A DNA stretch of 62,568 nucleotides, counting the filler, from Piptocephalis cylindrospora (Eukaryota): assembly GCA_003614145.1 (NCBI GenBank). It is 14 parts of 14 records of this genome, joined end to end, with 100 filler letters (N's around TTAATTAATTAA, not from the genome) between each part and the next. Parts side by side here need not be neighbours in the genome. Positions count along the whole stretch, not along the records: positions 58,249 to 62,568 come from KZ988537.1; 13 more parts are not named here. One strand, 5' to 3'. Numbering within the stretch: position 1 is the first letter of the stretch; every line of letters starts with the position of its first letter. This document shows positions 61,757-62,568 of the stretch, in pieces. Both the position numbers and the translations under genes were made by a program. The notes beneath the pieces were generated by a model. The model worked only from the letters and a program-made list of their open reading frames with translations, was not told where the DNA came from and did no database searches.

Positions 61757-61949
61757 GCAATGCTTTGGAGGAGATGAAGAGGAGCTTTACCCCCTGCCTT
61801 TAGAGGATGGAATGAATTTCATTTACTTAGCGTGGAAGATGTCTTGAAAACACACATTTGCGTCTGTCGATATGTATTATCTCAAAGAGGCCCATAAGTT
61901 CATCTTTCTCTTACATTTTTGCCGACTGAGTAAAAATACATCCTCATCT

Positions 61950-62568
61950 TCAAGGGACTGGTAAAAACACTGAGATCATGTCCCCATCCTCCAGCTCGGT
62001 GCTCTCCACCGTGGATCCAGGCCCTTGACTCAGAATTTCCCCATCAAATTCTAGCCGCAGCGCTGTCTCGTCGCTTAAATTCTCCATTGATCGGTACTCA
62101 CGGGCAATGGAGGTGATGAGAGTAGTCTAGAAAGAGAGATGGGCAATGAGTGAAGCTCAGGGCCCCTACAAAGATATGCCCCCGAAAACATACCGGCTTC
62201 ACTCGGACAACCCCACCCTCCCCTCCTCGACCCCGAAGGGTTAGTTTCAGATGAACTACTGGAGGGCTGGATAGGCCATTTTCCCCTCTCCCTTTCTCCC
62301 CTTCCATTACATCCCCCTCATCATCACTCTCTTCATCTTCCAGTTTCTTTCGAAAGGCCTCGTCCCGATCCCGTTCCATAGTTTGCCACATCTCCTTGAA
62401 GTGCACATCTACATGAGAAAAGGAATAGGCAAAGAGCAGATGAGGTAGAAATAAAAAACAAGCACGATAAGGAAATAACCTACCTAGTGACACCTTATCC
62501 TTCCACCCAAGGCTCTGAGGGCTTCCTGCATCATAAAGCCGAGTACCTTGATAGACAAAGACAATGGT
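61950..62568 (-). CDS. Rad60/Esc2/NIP45-like protein with tandem SUMO-like domains, 3' part
   Basis: FVYQGTRLYDAGSPQSLG (SLD1); RVKP|TTLITSI..LRLEFDGEIL..STVESTELEDGDMISV (SLD2). Confidence 0.78.

Noticed and set aside
58249..62568. AOX, BMT5-like, TIM10 and Rad60-like as a functional cluster
   Set aside because: Unrelated housekeeping genes in a compact genome

Overview
This is eukaryotic (fungal) genomic DNA, not one contiguous locus. It consists of 14 contigs of about 4.3-4.4 kb, sorted by non-increasing length and joined by artificial 100-nt N44-TTAATTAATTAA-N44 linkers. Short GT-AG introns, CT/GA-rich flanks and gene content (propionyl-CoA carboxylase alpha/beta, BORCS6-like, secreted tyrosinases, kinase-SEL1) suggest an early-diverging fungus, possibly Zoopagomycota (inference). 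Recognisable genes are FOL1 (5' part), a PAQR/IZH receptor, BORCS6-like, DUF1279/FAM210, PCCA and PCCB head-to-head, an Scc2-like C-terminus, NMD3, the BTN1 3' end, a Wee1-family kinase, Xaa-Pro aminopeptidase, CRAL-TRIO, a KDM5 demethylase, an alpha/beta hydrolase, OXA1, a kinase-SEL1 protein, a GPI cell-surface protein, two divergent secreted tyrosinases, an F-box/ZnF-UBP/DUSP protein, AOX, BMT5-like, TIM10 and Rad60/Esc2-like. The most interesting signals are four: (1) an F-box-ZnF-UBP-DUSP gene whose domains are joined only through a +1 shift at TCC-TTT-TGA-C; (2) the divergent PCCA/PCCB pair; (3) an AUG-less, multi-exon short frame upstream of NMD3; (4) a kinase-SEL1 fusion. Two exact 55-nt overlaps show that the KDM5 and hydrolase genes are scrambled, most likely by assembly or amplification chimeras. 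All single-base frameshifts therefore need read-level confirmation.
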